Assembly (NCBI GenBank): GCA_050950825.1
Contig: JBMNIH010000004.1
Location: forward strand, 544,001-608,000
Reading direction: 5' to 3'
DNA from: Clostridia bacterium
Lineage (GTDB): Bacteria; Bacillota; Clostridia; JAAYHZ01
DNA: 64,000 bases
Numbering within the stretch: the stretch's first letter is position 1; each line of letters begins with the position of its first letter. Positions 1 through 10,760 of the stretch are shown piece after piece. A program made the position numbers and the translations under genes. The notes under the pieces are model-generated. The model searched no databases and was not told the DNA's origin. It worked only from the letters and a program-made list of their open reading frames with translations.

Positions 1-345
1 CAAATAAATTATGTTATCGGAACTCGTTTCACGCAGGAGAGGGGCTATTATGTGGAAAGCAGACGCGGTGGGGGTGGCCATATTCGAATCACACGAGTCG
101 AAGTGGACAGACCCGGCGACTACTTAATGCACATCGTAGCTTCCATGGGCGATTCCATATCCCAGCAATCCGCCCAGATATTCATACAAAACTTTATCGA
201 TTATGAAATCATTACCCCGAAAATAGGGGAACTGATGAAGGCCGCCACCAGCGATCGAGCGCTGGAAGCGATTTCACCGCCTATAAGAGACATTGTTCGT
301 GCAAGTATCATGAAGAATATGCTGGCTTGTATTCGAGTGAAATAA
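1..345 (+). CDS. ctsR: CtsR heat-shock repressor (5'-truncated by window edge)
   Basis: Frame 1 reads QINYVIGTRF...VESRRGGGGHIRI (CtsR glycine-rich thermosensor loop); directly upstream of mcsA-mcsB-clpC. Confidence 0.95.
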   Translation, partial: QINYVIGTRFTQERGYYVESRRGGGGHIRITRVEVDRPGDYLMHIVASMGDSISQQSAQIFIQNFIDYEIITPKIGELMKAATSDRALEAISPPIRDIVRASIMKNMLACIRVK

Positions 346-358
346 CAAGGAATGGAAG

Positions 359-943
359 TTGATTATTATGATGTGTCAAAAATGCAAAGTGCGAGAAGCA
401 ACGGTTACAATAACGAAGTTAGTACAAAACATGCAGATCACCATGCAGCTATGTCCCGAATGCTCAAAAAGCTTTACTCATGAAATCCATAAGCAGATTT
501 CCGGAGTGAACAACCTTTTGATGAATTTGGCGGGAACAAGCGAGCTTTTGGAGCAAGGAACGGATGAAAACGGCATGGTGTGCCATCAATGCGACATGTC
601 CTTTGCGGATTTTCGAAAAAACGGCATGGTAGGATGCGAAGAATGCTACCAAACGTTCCGTGATAGGTTTGCATCCATTTTAAAAAAATTGCATGGAAAT
701 TATCGCCATGTCGGATTGTCCTATGAAGAAATGAAAAAGGATACTCTTCCCCGGACGGAATCGACGGAGAATAAGGGAGTACAAGCGAAAGAAAACAAAA
801 ATGAAAACGTAGCGGAGCAAATAAAGAATTTGAAGAAGGCCTTGGAGGAAGCGGTGGCGAGGGAAGAGTACGAAGAAGCCGCCAAGATAAGGGACATGAT
901 TCGAATCATGGAGGATGAATCTGCGGGGGGAAACGTTGAATGA
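359..943 (+). CDS. mcsA: McsA, activator of McsB (CxxC motifs plus C-terminal UVR domain)
   Basis: Four CxxC pairs, C-terminal EEYEEAAKIRD UVR motif, operon position. Confidence 0.95.
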   Translation: MIIMMCQKCKVREATVTITKLVQNMQITMQLCPECSKSFTHEIHKQISGVNNLLMNLAGTSELLEQGTDENGMVCHQCDMSFADFRKNGMVGCEECYQTFRDRFASILKKLHGNYRHVGLSYEEMKKDTLPRTESTENKGVQAKENKNENVAEQIKNLKKALEEAVAREEYEEAAKIRDMIRIMEDESAGGNVE

Positions 944-1998
944 TTTGGTATTTGAATGAAGGCAAAGATGACGATGCGGTGATTTTCACCCGCATCAGAC
1001 TGTCTCGAAACTTAAAAGGGTATCCCTTTCCGAACCGAATGGACCGCAGCGAATCCGCGGCACTGTTAAGTCAGGTGAAAGCGGTATACGATCAAGACGA
1101 AAAATTAAAGGAACGGTACTCCTTTTATAACATAGACGAGGTTTCGGATATAAACAAAAAGCTATTGGTAGAAAAGCAGTTGATTACCCCTGAAACGGTG
1201 AACTCCGGCTTAAGCTCCGGTTTTTTACTCGATAAAAGCGAAACAGGTGCCGTTTTGATTAACGAGGAAGACCATATCCGGATTCAAGCGATCTATTGCG
1301 GTTTGGAAACCGAAGAAGCTTGGGACGACTGCTTAAGCATTGACGGACTGCTGGCAAAACGCTTGCCCTATATGTACGACAAGGAATTCGGATTTTTATC
1401 CGGTTATTTAACAACCACCGGAACCGGGCTTCAAATCACGGTGCTGATGCATCTTCCCGGAATGGTGATGACCGGCAACGTGGACAACATAACCACGGCG
1501 TGTGAAAAGCTTAATGTTTCATTAAAACCATTAACGGAATACGGAAGAAAAATCCCCGGCAACATGTTTGTACTGACGAACAAGGTGACTACCGGGGAAA
1601 CCGAAGAAAACCTTTTGACAAGTATAAAAAACGTGGCAATGCAAATTGCCGACCAAGAAAGAGCGTTAAGATTGCTGCTTTTACAGCAAAACCCGCTCAA
1701 GATGGAGGATCGAGTTTTTCGCGCCTTAGGAACGTTTATGAATGCGCGTATTTTGACCTATGAAGAATCGTTGGTATTGATGAATGATATACGGATGGGT
1801 GTTTATACCGGAATGATCCGCAATTTCGGTATCCGAACCATGAATGAAATTTTGGTATCCATTAAGCCCGGCTCGCTGCAGCAATTTAAGGAAAAACCTC
1901 TGTTGCCGGTAGAAATGGACGTTGTAAGAGCGGAGTTAATTCGAGACAAAATGGAAAAATTCTTTAGAGAGGATGGTGGATATGGAAATGTACGGTAA
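940..1998 (+). CDS. mcsB: McsB protein-arginine kinase family protein (several catalytic residues look substituted)
   Basis: RIRLSRNL and NEEDH motifs of ATP:guanido phosphotransferases; between mcsA and clpC. Confidence 0.9.
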   Translation: MIWYLNEGKDDDAVIFTRIRLSRNLKGYPFPNRMDRSESAALLSQVKAVYDQDEKLKERYSFYNIDEVSDINKKLLVEKQLITPETVNSGLSSGFLLDKSETGAVLINEEDHIRIQAIYCGLETEEAWDDCLSIDGLLAKRLPYMYDKEFGFLSGYLTTTGTGLQITVLMHLPGMVMTGNVDNITTACEKLNVSLKPLTEYGRKIPGNMFVLTNKVTTGETEENLLTSIKNVAMQIADQERALRLLLLQQNPLKMEDRVFRALGTFMNARILTYEESLVLMNDIRMGVYTGMIRNFGIRTMNEILVSIKPGSLQQFKEKPLLPVEMDVVRAELIRDKMEKFFREDGGYGNVR

Positions 1999-4414
1999 TT
2001 TTTCAGAAAAAGCGGACAAAAGTATTAAGCTTTCAAATATGATTGCAACGAAATTCGGCCACGACCAAATTGCAACGGAGCATTTGCTGTACGGCTTGGT
2101 AGCCGAAGAAACCGGTTTGGCTGCAAAGGTGTTGGCCAAGCAGAATGTTACATCCCAGGCCGTTGAAGAAGGAATTAAACGTTTTGTCGGATACGGATTG
2201 AATCCCGGAAAACCGGTATCCGGATACTCTCCGCGAGCAAAGCGTATATTGGAAATGAGTTCGCGAGAAGCGAAAAAAATGAATATGGAATACATCGGCA
2301 CCGAGCATATATTATTGGCTCTGGTGAAGGAAGGAGATACGGTAGCGGTTCGAATTCTGCTGGATTTGAACGTTCAGCCGAAGATTTTGGTTAAGGATTT
2401 GATCGAAATGATGAAAAGCGGGGAAGGAGAAGGCGAGGTCAAAGAAACCAAAACCTTGGAAAAATACGGCCGCGATTTGACGAAAATGGCTAAGGAAGGC
2501 AAATTTGACCCCGTTATCGGTCGTGAAAACGAGCTTCAGAGAGTGATTCAAATCTTAAGCCGAAGAACGAAAAACAATCCTTGCTTGGTGGGAGAGCCGG
2601 GTGTAGGCAAGACCGCCATTGCCGAATTATTGGCCCAAAGAATTGCCGACGGTGATATTCCCGAAATACTGAAAGACAAAAGAGTCATATCCTTGGACCT
2701 ATCCGCCATGGTTGCCGGATCAAAATACCGTGGCGAGTTTGAAGAACGTGTTAAAAACGCCTTGGATGAAATTACTAAATCGGGAGACATCATTCTGTTC
2801 ATCGATGAAATCCACACCATCATCGGCGCGGGAGCCGCGGAAGGCTCCATCGATGCCTCCAGTATCTTAAAGCCTTCGTTGGCTCGAGGCGAAATACAGG
2901 TTGTAGGCGCAACCACGCTGGACGAATACCGAAAACATATTGAAAAGGATGCGGCATTGGAAAGAAGATTCCAACCGGTAATGGTTGGAGAACCCTCCGA
3001 GGAAGCCACTATTGCCATTTTGAAAGGATTGAGGGACCGTTACGAAGCCCATCACGGCGTAAAGATTACCGACGAAGCCATTTACGCGGCTGTTCGGCTG
3101 TCGGTTCGCTATTTAACCGACCGGTACTTGCCGGATAAGGCCATCGATTTGATCGATGAAGCCTGCTCGAAGGTCCGTCTTGCATCCTATACCACGCCTC
3201 CGGAGTTAAAGGAGCTTGAAGAAAAACTGGCCAAGCTGGAGAACCGGAAAAACGAAGCCATCAGCTGCCAAGAATACGAAAAGGCCGCTGAAATTCGAGA
3301 CAGCGAAAAGGCCTTACGCGAACAAATTGAAGTGATTCGTAACAACTGGAGAGAATCCACAAGACAGACCAACGGAACGGTGGGAGAAGAGGAAATCGCC
3401 GAATGCGTATCCCAATGGACCGGTGTTCCCGTGAGACGTTTGGACAAAGAAGAATCCAAACGATTGTTGGATTTGGAAAACATTTTGCATCAAAGAGTGG
3501 TAGGCCAAGAAGAAGCGGTAATAAGCCTGGCAAAGGCCATTCGAAGAGGAAGAACCGGATTAAAGGATCCGAAACGACCGGTGGGTTCCTTCATTTTCCT
3601 AGGTCCTACGGGTGTAGGAAAAACGGAATTAAGCAAAGCTTTGGCCGAAGCCTTGTTCGACAATGAAAACGCTATGATAAGAGTCGACATGTCCGAATAC
3701 ATGGATAAATTCAACGTGTCAAAACTGATCGGATCTCCTCCGGGATACGTAGGATACGACGAAGGGGGGCAGCTGACCGAGAAGGTAAGGACCAATCCGT
3801 ATTCGGTGGTTCTCTTCGACGAAATCGAAAAAGCGCATCCGGACGTCTTCAACGTACTGCTTCAAATATTGGACGACGGAAGGATTACGGACAGCCAAGG
3901 CCGAACCGTGGATTTCCGAAACACCGTCATCATTATGACCTCGAATGTGGGGGCTATGCAGTTGGCGGAAGAAAGACAGCTCGGATTCACGTCCCGGCAG
4001 GACAACGCCCAATCCGATTACAAGGCTTTGAAAAACAAGGTAATGTCGGAGTTGAAAAGAACCTTTAGACCGGAGTTCTTAAACAGAGTAGACGATATCA
4101 TCGTATTCCATCATTTGACCAAAGAGCATATGAATGATATCATTGAAATTATGCTAAAGGACTTGAGAAAGCGTCTGAGCAGCAAGAACATAACCTTAAG
4201 CGTGACGGATAAGGCGAAGTCATACCTCATCGAAAAGGGCTACGATAAAGCTTACGGCGCAAGACCGTTGAAGAGGGTTATTCAGAACCTTATCGAGGAC
4301 GGCTTGGCGGAAAAGATGTTGCTAAAAGAAATTTCGGACAACGACTGCGTAACAGTGGATTTGGAAGGAAACGAACTGGTATTTAGAAAGCAAAGCGTTG
4401 CAGAAAAGGTTTAA
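1982..4414 (+). CDS. clpC: ATP-dependent Clp protease ATP-binding subunit ClpC
   Basis: Clp-N repeats, two AAA modules ([16 protein letters not shown]), UVR middle domain, LGF ClpP-docking loop; start uncertain (1973/1982/1988). Confidence 0.97.
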   Translation: MEMYGNFSEKADKSIKLSNMIATKFGHDQIATEHLLYGLVAEETGLAAKVLAKQNVTSQAVEEGIKRFVGYGLNPGKPVSGYSPRAKRILEMSSREAKKMNMEYIGTEHILLALVKEGDTVAVRILLDLNVQPKILVKDLIEMMKSGEGEGEVKETKTLEKYGRDLTKMAKEGKFDPVIGRENELQRVIQILSRRTKNNPCLVGEPGVGKTAIAELLAQRIADGDIPEILKDKRVISLDLSAMVAGSKYRGEFEERVKNALDEITKSGDIILFIDEIHTIIGAGAAEGSIDASSILKPSLARGEIQVVGATTLDEYRKHIEKDAALERRFQPVMVGEPSEEATIAILKGLRDRYEAHHGVKITDEAIYAAVRLSVRYLTDRYLPDKAIDLIDEACSKVRLASYTTPPELKELEEKLAKLENRKNEAISCQEYEKAAEIRDSEKALREQIEVIRNNWRESTRQTNGTVGEEEIAECVSQWTGVPVRRLDKEESKRLLDLENILHQRVVGQEEAVISLAKAIRRGRTGLKDPKRPVGSFIFLGPTGVGKTELSKALAEALFDNENAMIRVDMSEYMDKFNVSKLIGSPPGYVGYDEGGQLTEKVRTNPYSVVLFDEIEKAHPDVFNVLLQILDDGRITDSQGRTVDFRNTVIIMTSNVGAMQLAEERQLGFTSRQDNAQSDYKALKNKVMSELKRTFRPEFLNRVDDIIVFHHLTKEHMNDIIEIMLKDLRKRLSSKNITLSVTDKAKSYLIEKGYDKAYGARPLKRVIQNLIEDGLAEKMLLKEISDNDCVTVDLEGNELVFRKQSVAEKV

Positions 4415-4419
4415 CGATT

Positions 4420-5790
4420 ATGGCTAAAATTATTCATTCGTATGTGTGTTCCGAGTGCGGATACGAAACACAAAAGTGGATGGGAAGATGTCCAGGCTGC
4501 AACTCATGGAACACCTTAACGGAGGAAATCAGGACAAACGGCAAAACGGTACCCGGCTTGAAGGAAGGGGGTACCGTTCATGCCGTTAAATTGTCCGAAG
4601 TTCCGGCAGACAACGAAATACGGTACATAACTCACATTCCCGAGCTGAACAGAGTTTTAGGCGGAGGATTCGTGAAGGGATCCTTGGTCCTCATCGGAGG
4701 AGATCCCGGAATCGGAAAATCCACTCTTCTTCTTCAAATATGCGGTTCTCCCCTTATAAAAGGGCCGGTACTTTATGTGTCCGGAGAAGAATCGGCGGCC
4801 CAAATCAAGCTTCGAGCCGACCGATTAAATGTTTCAAACGACGGTATTCTTCTTTTGGCGGAAACGGATTTTAACGCCGTTTTGCCTGTGATCGAAAAAA
4901 CCGATCCTCAAATCTTGATCATTGACTCCATCCAAACCATGTACAACCCGGAAATGGGGTCCGCTCCGGGCAGCGTTTCCCAAGTTCGAGATATCACGGC
5001 CCGTCTGATGGATATCGGAAAAAAGAAAGAAATGACGGTTTTAATCGTAGGCCATGTGACGAAGGAAGGGGCCATTGCGGGACCGAGAGTTTTGGAGCAC
5101 ATGGTGGATACGGTTTTGTATTTCGAGGGAGAGCGGCATATGCAGTACCGAATCCTGAGAGCCGTAAAAAATCGTTTCGGATCCACTTATGAAATCGGAA
5201 TATTCGAAATGACGGACAAGGGTTTGACGGAAGTGGAGAACGCCTCGGCGACGATGCTGTCCGGAAGAGATCCGGATAAACCCGGTTCCGTTGTGACGTC
5301 GGCTTTGGAAGGAACGCGTCCTCTTCTTTTGGAGATCCAAGCGCTTGTCAGCAAGTCTTTTTATCCCGTGCCGAGAAGAATGGCTACAGGGTTGGACGAT
5401 AACCGTGTCAACATGCTTTTGGCGGTGGCGGAAAAATTGGCGGGACTGCCTCTTATGCAGGACGATGTCTATGTGAATATTGCCGGCGGTTTTAAGATAG
5501 GAGAGCCTGCTTGCGATACCGCCGTTATTGCGGCCATCACGTCCAGCTTGTATAACAAATGCATACCTTCCGATACGGTGGTTATGGGCGAGGTAGGCTT
5601 AACCGGAGAGGTACGCGCCATCTCCGGTATTGAAAAAAGAATCGGCGAATGCGCTCGCATCGGATTCAAAAGATGCCTTATTCCGAAATCCAACTTTGAT
5701 TTGATCGAAAATAAAAACGCATGGAAAATAAAGCTGGAAAGTGTTCCGGATGTAAGAACGTTGATTCGACTTTTATTTCAATCGAAATAG
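4420..5790 (+). CDS. radA: DNA repair protein RadA/Sms
   Basis: N-terminal C4 zinc finger, GDPGIGKST Walker A, KNRFG motif, Lon-like C-terminus. Confidence 0.97.
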   Translation: MAKIIHSYVCSECGYETQKWMGRCPGCNSWNTLTEEIRTNGKTVPGLKEGGTVHAVKLSEVPADNEIRYITHIPELNRVLGGGFVKGSLVLIGGDPGIGKSTLLLQICGSPLIKGPVLYVSGEESAAQIKLRADRLNVSNDGILLLAETDFNAVLPVIEKTDPQILIIDSIQTMYNPEMGSAPGSVSQVRDITARLMDIGKKKEMTVLIVGHVTKEGAIAGPRVLEHMVDTVLYFEGERHMQYRILRAVKNRFGSTYEIGIFEMTDKGLTEVENASATMLSGRDPDKPGSVVTSALEGTRPLLLEIQALVSKSFYPVPRRMATGLDDNRVNMLLAVAEKLAGLPLMQDDVYVNIAGGFKIGEPACDTAVIAAITSSLYNKCIPSDTVVMGEVGLTGEVRAISGIEKRIGECARIGFKRCLIPKSNFDLIENKNAWKIKLESVPDVRTLIRLLFQSK

Positions 5791-6201
5791 CTAACGAAGA
5801 CTGTAATAACCTAAGGTCTCAATCCGTTTGCTTTCTTTAAGCATGATATCGTAAAGGTTCAAATCCAAAATGCTGCATAAAGACGTCAAGTAAAAAAGAT
5901 TGGTACCCATTTCTCTTTCTATATTCTCTGCACATTTTTCGCATAATTTGCCCTCAATGTGGGTTTTGGACAAGGCGGCCATCTCAAAAAGAGTCGTACC
6001 CTTGGAATAGTCTTGCTTTGATGTATTGATTTTAATACATCCGCATGAGGTAGCCGCTTTTGCAATGTTATTGCAAACGGAAGCATTGGTTTGCTGGAAT
6101 TTGGTGAGCGCATCTATAATGCTTTTATTTCGAAATAGCGTATCACTGACGAGAAGCTGAAAATCGTCGGCTGTAAATCCATAAGATGCAAGTTTTTTCA
6201 T
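5791..6201 (-). CDS. Conserved clostridial hypothetical protein (CGC and CxxC motifs, MazG-like helical C-terminus)
   Basis: ORF with AGGAG RBS 7 nt before ATG 6201 and a sigmaA-like promoter; resembles the small gene often found near radA in Clostridia. Confidence 0.7.
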   Translation of the reverse strand: MKKLASYGFTADDFQLLVSDTLFRNKSIIDALTKFQQTNASVCNNIAKAATSCGCIKINTSKQDYSKGTTLFEMAALSKTHIEGKLCEKCAENIEREMGTNLFYLTSLCSILDLNLYDIMLKESKRIETLGYYSLR

Positions 6202-6232
6202 AGTCATACTCCTTTTTATATTGCCTAACTCT

Positions 6233-6260
6233 ATTATATCAATCATAACATTAAAGTCAA
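6233..6260 (-). promoter_or_regulatory. SigmaA-type promoter TTGACT-N16-TATAAT with extended -10 TG
   Basis: Minus strand TTGACTTTAATGTTATGATTGATATAAT upstream of the 5791-6201 gene. Confidence 0.6.
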
Positions 6261-6435
6261 TAACATAAATAAAAAGGAAATAATACCATTTACCCTATGG
6301 TTTCCATGAGCAGCCGAATCGGTATTTCCCGGTCTTTCATGTTCTTTTCAATAAAAAAAGCCCGTCGCCGCCCTTTTGTCGGCGGCATTGAGCTTTTTTA
6401 AAGAATCGAAAGGAGGTTGAACTTAGCAATTTTTA

Positions 6436-7872
6436 TCATCTTTGCGATGATTTTTTTGTTTTCCCTTTTTTGAAAATGAAATCTCGAAAGCAAATAATAT
6501 TTATGATAACAAACATAACCGTTAAAATGATAAGGGTGATCCATGCATGGTTTCGGCTTTGAGGCGCTACGGCCAACAGAAGAAGCAGCGGGAATCCGAA
6601 TACGATAGCCCACAGCTGTTGGAATACCAAGTTGGTTGCGGCGGGAGTTTCGAATCTCGGGTCGATTTCACGCAAGAGGATAATTCCCGTGCTTGCGGTA
6701 CCGGTCAGCATTCCGTACATGGTCAACCAAGCTTCGTCCGCATAATGGGGGAACAGCTTTTTGCAGACGATACTCATGTGAATGTAGGTGATTACCCCTG
6801 CTATAATACAGATTAAGGACAGAGGGACGATAAACTCTTTGATCTTAAAGGCCGAAAGGTCGATGGCGGCAATGGAAGCTACCACCATCATGTCGAACAT
6901 GAATCCGGCGATTCTCGACTGCATAAAGTCGTTTCGGTATTCTCGCTGCATCAAGCCGCTTTTTTGCAGTCCTTTTAATATGAGCTTCAGAACAATGGCA
7001 AAAACCGTACCGAACAGGAAGTTAAAGCCCCATATTAAAGGCTGCACCGTTTTGTAGCCGAAGTCTCCCAGCCACCCGGCTTCCACCATGGCGTTAATCC
7101 CCGCCATAAAACCGTATGCCATGATGTATCCGATGAATACGAGAGCGATTTGGACCGTCATTTTGTCCATGGATTCCGACAGCGGAATTTCGTTGTGGCC
7201 GGTGATAATCTCCGCGGTGAGGTTTTCATCTTTAATGTTTTGCCCCATATCACCGTGATAACGACCCTTTCTCTTCAAAATGTTTAAATAAATGACACCG
7301 CCGATACTTGCCGATACGAATCCCATGGCCGCAACGGCCAAGCCAAAGCTGGTACCGTTTTCGAATCCGTAGTTTACTTCATAATTATGCCCCCAGTTGT
7401 ATGCTTGCCCGGGACCTTGTCCGTATCCCATGGGAGTCAGTAAGCCTGCGGCGAAAAAGTTATTCATAACGTAGGATAAACCGATTGTGATAGCCAAACC
7501 GATGATGCCTTGGAGAAGATAAGACGAAACGGTGGTCAAACCGGTATTGAAAATGTCTTTTTGCCTGTTCTTATCCTTTTGCTTTCCGACGGATTTCATG
7601 GACATGGCTACGAACCCGAGTCCAAGACCATGATACGTAAGCGCCTCCAGCGTCGAGGTGAGAAACATCGAAGACCCCGTGATTTTTTTGAATATGAAAT
7701 CCACAAACAAAATCAAAAATCCACCTAAAACCGAGCTGGGTATCATCAGTTGGCGAAGGGGTTTAATTAATTGCCTTAAAGTATTGGCCAATATCATACC
7801 GACGAGCAAAATAGTGATGGTAATTACAAACGACCATATTTCGGCATCCCAAAAGTTTAATCCTGAAACCAT
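6436..7872 (-). CDS. Sodium:glutamate symporter (GltS/ESS family)
   Basis: Polytopic membrane protein with IPSSVLGG, GQGPGQA and YGMLTGTASTG motifs; start uncertain. Confidence 0.8.
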   Translation of the reverse strand: MVSGLNFWDAEIWSFVITITILLVGMILANTLRQLIKPLRQLMIPSSVLGGFLILFVDFIFKKITGSSMFLTSTLEALTYHGLGLGFVAMSMKSVGKQKDKNRQKDIFNTGLTTVSSYLLQGIIGLAITIGLSYVMNNFFAAGLLTPMGYGQGPGQAYNWGHNYEVNYGFENGTSFGLAVAAMGFVSASIGGVIYLNILKRKGRYHGDMGQNIKDENLTAEIITGHNEIPLSESMDKMTVQIALVFIGYIMAYGFMAGINAMVEAGWLGDFGYKTVQPLIWGFNFLFGTVFAIVLKLILKGLQKSGLMQREYRNDFMQSRIAGFMFDMMVVASIAAIDLSAFKIKEFIVPLSLICIIAGVITYIHMSIVCKKLFPHYADEAWLTMYGMLTGTASTGIILLREIDPRFETPAATNLVFQQLWAIVFGFPLLLLLAVAPQSRNHAWITLIILTVMFVIINIICFRDFIFKKGKTKKSSQR

Positions 7873-8040
7873 AATTTGCACAATTCCTTCCAAGTCATAG
7901 TACTTTGTTATAGAACTCAACAACAAGTCTATTCTATACTATATCGTTCCGCCGTCAATAGTCAAACCCTTTTTAACCGTTGCAATTTTTTATTCTTCAC
8001 TGTATGGTATAGGTTATAGAAACCATATCGGAGGAGCAGT

Positions 8041-8793
8041 ATGAATGCCTGTGTCGTACAAAGAGATATAACGGAAGGTTTAAAAAGATTGGGTTTAAAT
8101 AAAGGGGATACGGTGATGATCCACAGCAGTTTATCTTCCTTTGGCAGGGTAGAAGGCGGTGCGAAGACTGTTGTAGACGCTTTGTTGGATGTGCTCGGAA
8201 ATGAGGGTACTTTGGTAGTACCGACTTTTTCGAAATATTTGTTAGGAGATGAAAAAGTATGGGACAGGGAAAAAACCCCCTCTCTTATGGGAATTATATC
8301 CGAAACCGTACGCTTACGACCGGATGCCGTAAGGAGCAGCCATGCAGCCCATCCTATATCGGCGGTGGGACCTATGGCGGATTTTCTTTGCAGGGAACCG
8401 TACAAAACGGGATTCGGTGCCGACAGTCCTTTTAAAAAGCTGGTAGATTTGAATGCTTGGATCCTTCTGATAGGTGTCGATTACAACCGATGCACGATCA
8501 TTCATCTTTTGGAGGCGGAAGCAAATGTACCGTACCGCTTTCTTGAAGAGCGAAAGGCTACCGTCATTATAGACGGTGTGGAAAATCCGAAGGGCTCCGC
8601 ATGGGAATATACCCGAAAAGACGGTATCGTAAACGACTTTCTGACATTCGGAAAAGAAATGGAGGAAAAAGGATTCGTTCGAATCGAAAAAATCGGAAAC
8701 AGTATCCTCCGGATGTTTAAAGCAAAAGACATGTATTGCTTGGGCATGGAAAAACTAAAGGAAGACCCGTATTACTTGGTGAAGAATAAATGA
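8041..8793 (+). CDS. AAC(3)/YokD family N-acetyltransferase
   Basis: MIHSSLSSFG, GTLVVPTF, RSSH and LLIGV...TIIH motifs. Confidence 0.88.
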   Translation: MNACVVQRDITEGLKRLGLNKGDTVMIHSSLSSFGRVEGGAKTVVDALLDVLGNEGTLVVPTFSKYLLGDEKVWDREKTPSLMGIISETVRLRPDAVRSSHAAHPISAVGPMADFLCREPYKTGFGADSPFKKLVDLNAWILLIGVDYNRCTIIHLLEAEANVPYRFLEERKATVIIDGVENPKGSAWEYTRKDGIVNDFLTFGKEMEEKGFVRIEKIGNSILRMFKAKDMYCLGMEKLKEDPYYLVKNK

Positions 8794-8975
8794 AGCTTCG
8801 GGGAGCTTGCCGTAATATCTTTTTGCCGAAGGGATATTGATTGATATATGGTAATTTTGATGTATAATATTACTAGTCCATTCAATCGAAGGAATCGATC
8901 GGATGAACAAAACAAATGTAAAGGCCGTTAAAAAGAGTACGTAAGAACGACCTTATGGAAAAGGAGTGTATGTAA

Positions 8976-9686
8976 GTGAACATTATTACCGTAAAAGACT
9001 ATGATACCATGAGTAAAATGGCAGCCGGTATCATAGCAGCGCAAATTAACACGAAACCCGACACGGTATTGGGTTTGGCAACCGGATCTTCTCCCTTAGG
9101 TACGTATAGAAACCTTATCGAGATGAATCAAAACGGTCTTGTGGACTTCTCAAAAGTCGTTACCTTTAACTTGGACGAGTACTGCGGACTGAGCCGCGAG
9201 AATCCCCAAAGCTATTATTACTTCATGATGGAGAACCTGTTTAAGCATGTGAATATACCGAAAGAAAATATTCACATTCCAAACGGTCTCGCAAAAGATA
9301 CGGATGAAGAATGTAAGAATTACGAACTTCAAATAAAGAAAGCAAACGGGGTCGATCTTCAGCTCTTAGGAATCGGCTTCAACGGTCATATCGGCTTTAA
9401 CGAGCCGGACGACGTGTTCCATAATTTCACAAGAAGAGTAAAATTGACCCAATCTACCATCGAAGCCAACAAGCGCTTTTTTGAAAGTGCGGACGATGTG
9501 CCGAGATACGCCATAAGCATGGGAATTAAAACCATTATGTCCGCTCGAAAGATTATATTGGTTGCAGGTCCCGAAAAACGCGAAATCATTGATAAATTAA
9601 GAGAAGAAGTTTGTACCCCTCAAGTACCGGCTTCCATTTTACACTATCATCCGGACTGTACCGTTTTTTGGGCGGAAAAAGAATAA
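8976..9686 (+). CDS. nagB: Glucosamine-6-phosphate deaminase
   Basis: LGLATGSSP, FNLDEY, GIGxNGHIGFNEP motifs. Confidence 0.95.
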   Translation: MNIITVKDYDTMSKMAAGIIAAQINTKPDTVLGLATGSSPLGTYRNLIEMNQNGLVDFSKVVTFNLDEYCGLSRENPQSYYYFMMENLFKHVNIPKENIHIPNGLAKDTDEECKNYELQIKKANGVDLQLLGIGFNGHIGFNEPDDVFHNFTRRVKLTQSTIEANKRFFESADDVPRYAISMGIKTIMSARKIILVAGPEKREIIDKLREEVCTPQVPASILHYHPDCTVFWAEKE

Positions 9687-9697
9687 AGAACATAGCG

Positions 9698-9731
9698 CCT
9701 TTCCTTCCTTTCCGATAAAAGGAAGGAAAGG
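9698..9731 (+). terminator. Probable intrinsic terminator after nagB
   Basis: CCTTTCCTTCCTTT...AAAGGAAGGAAAGG inverted repeat followed by a T-rich tract. Confidence 0.55.
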
Positions 9732-9769
9732 TGTTGTTGTTAACAATACGACGCTTCGGAGGTGTTTTT

Positions 9770-10726
9770 TTGAAAAAGCTCGGTAATATATTCAAAAAGT
9801 CTTTGATGTACCTTCTTCTGACCGTCGTTTTTGTGACAGCCGTCGGGGCCGTTTATTATTTTTGCCTAAACACCAAAAGCGCGAAAGCATACTTGGAACA
9901 AAGGCATTTAAACGTTCCATACAAAGAAACGGAAACCGGACAGCTAAAATTGGACATTTACATGCCTAAAAGAAAATTATTTACAAAAACTCCGGTTTTG
10001 GTCTATTTCCACGGCGGCAGTTGGAAAAGCGGAAGCAAGAACTTAAAAGAAAAAGACCTCGAGCTTTTCAATATTTTCTTCGAAGCAGGCTTTGCTCTTG
10101 TAAGTGCGGATTATCGATTGACAAGCGAAGTAAACAAGTTTCCCGTTCATGCGGATGACGGTGCCGATGCCGTCCGATGGGTTATAAAAAATGCGGAGAC
10201 CTACGGCTTCGATAAAAACAAAGTCAATCTTATCGGAGCTTCCGCAGGAGGACATATGGTCCTTCTAATAGGTATGGCCGGTGATCGGTTCGGCGACAAT
10301 ACAGCGGGAAACAAGGATTTTCAAATTCGAAGTATTATCGACTTATGCGGGCCGAAGGACCTTACCGATTTAAGCGATTATACCCCCGATGAACTGCCCG
10401 AGATTGAAGATTTGCTTGTCGAATTCTTAGGCGGTACATACGAGGAGAAGAAAGATCTTTACGAGCTGGCGTCTCCCATCTATCACGTCCGCAAAGACGT
10501 ACCGCCCATATTTATGGCTCACGGACGTAATGACGAAATGGTTCCTTTCCCTCAAGCGGAGAAATTTTTCCAAAAGGCAAAATCGGCGAATGCGAAAGTC
10601 AAATTCGTACCTGTAGACAATGCGAACCACTATTTTCAAGCACCGGAAAATGAAACGACGAACCCTCCGATATGGAAGGTGTTCTTAAAGATGGCTTTGT
10701 TTTTGCTCAAGAATAATATATTTTAA
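9770..10726 (+). CDS. Membrane-anchored alpha/beta hydrolase (HSL-like esterase)
   Basis: N-terminal hydrophobic helix, HGGSW oxyanion motif, GASAGG nucleophile elbow, late Asp and His; GGAGG RBS before TTG 9770. Confidence 0.85.
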   Translation: MKKLGNIFKKSLMYLLLTVVFVTAVGAVYYFCLNTKSAKAYLEQRHLNVPYKETETGQLKLDIYMPKRKLFTKTPVLVYFHGGSWKSGSKNLKEKDLELFNIFFEAGFALVSADYRLTSEVNKFPVHADDGADAVRWVIKNAETYGFDKNKVNLIGASAGGHMVLLIGMAGDRFGDNTAGNKDFQIRSIIDLCGPKDLTDLSDYTPDELPEIEDLLVEFLGGTYEEKKDLYELASPIYHVRKDVPPIFMAHGRNDEMVPFPQAEKFFQKAKSANAKVKFVPVDNANHYFQAPENETTNPPIWKVFLKMALFLLKNNIF

Positions 10727-10760
10727 AGGATACGGAATAGAAAATTCGGGGATATCCGAG

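Noticed and set aside
8041-8793. Aminoglycoside resistance gene
   Set aside because: AAC(3)/YokD-like chromosomal homologues are widespread; no mobile context or evidence for resistance function.
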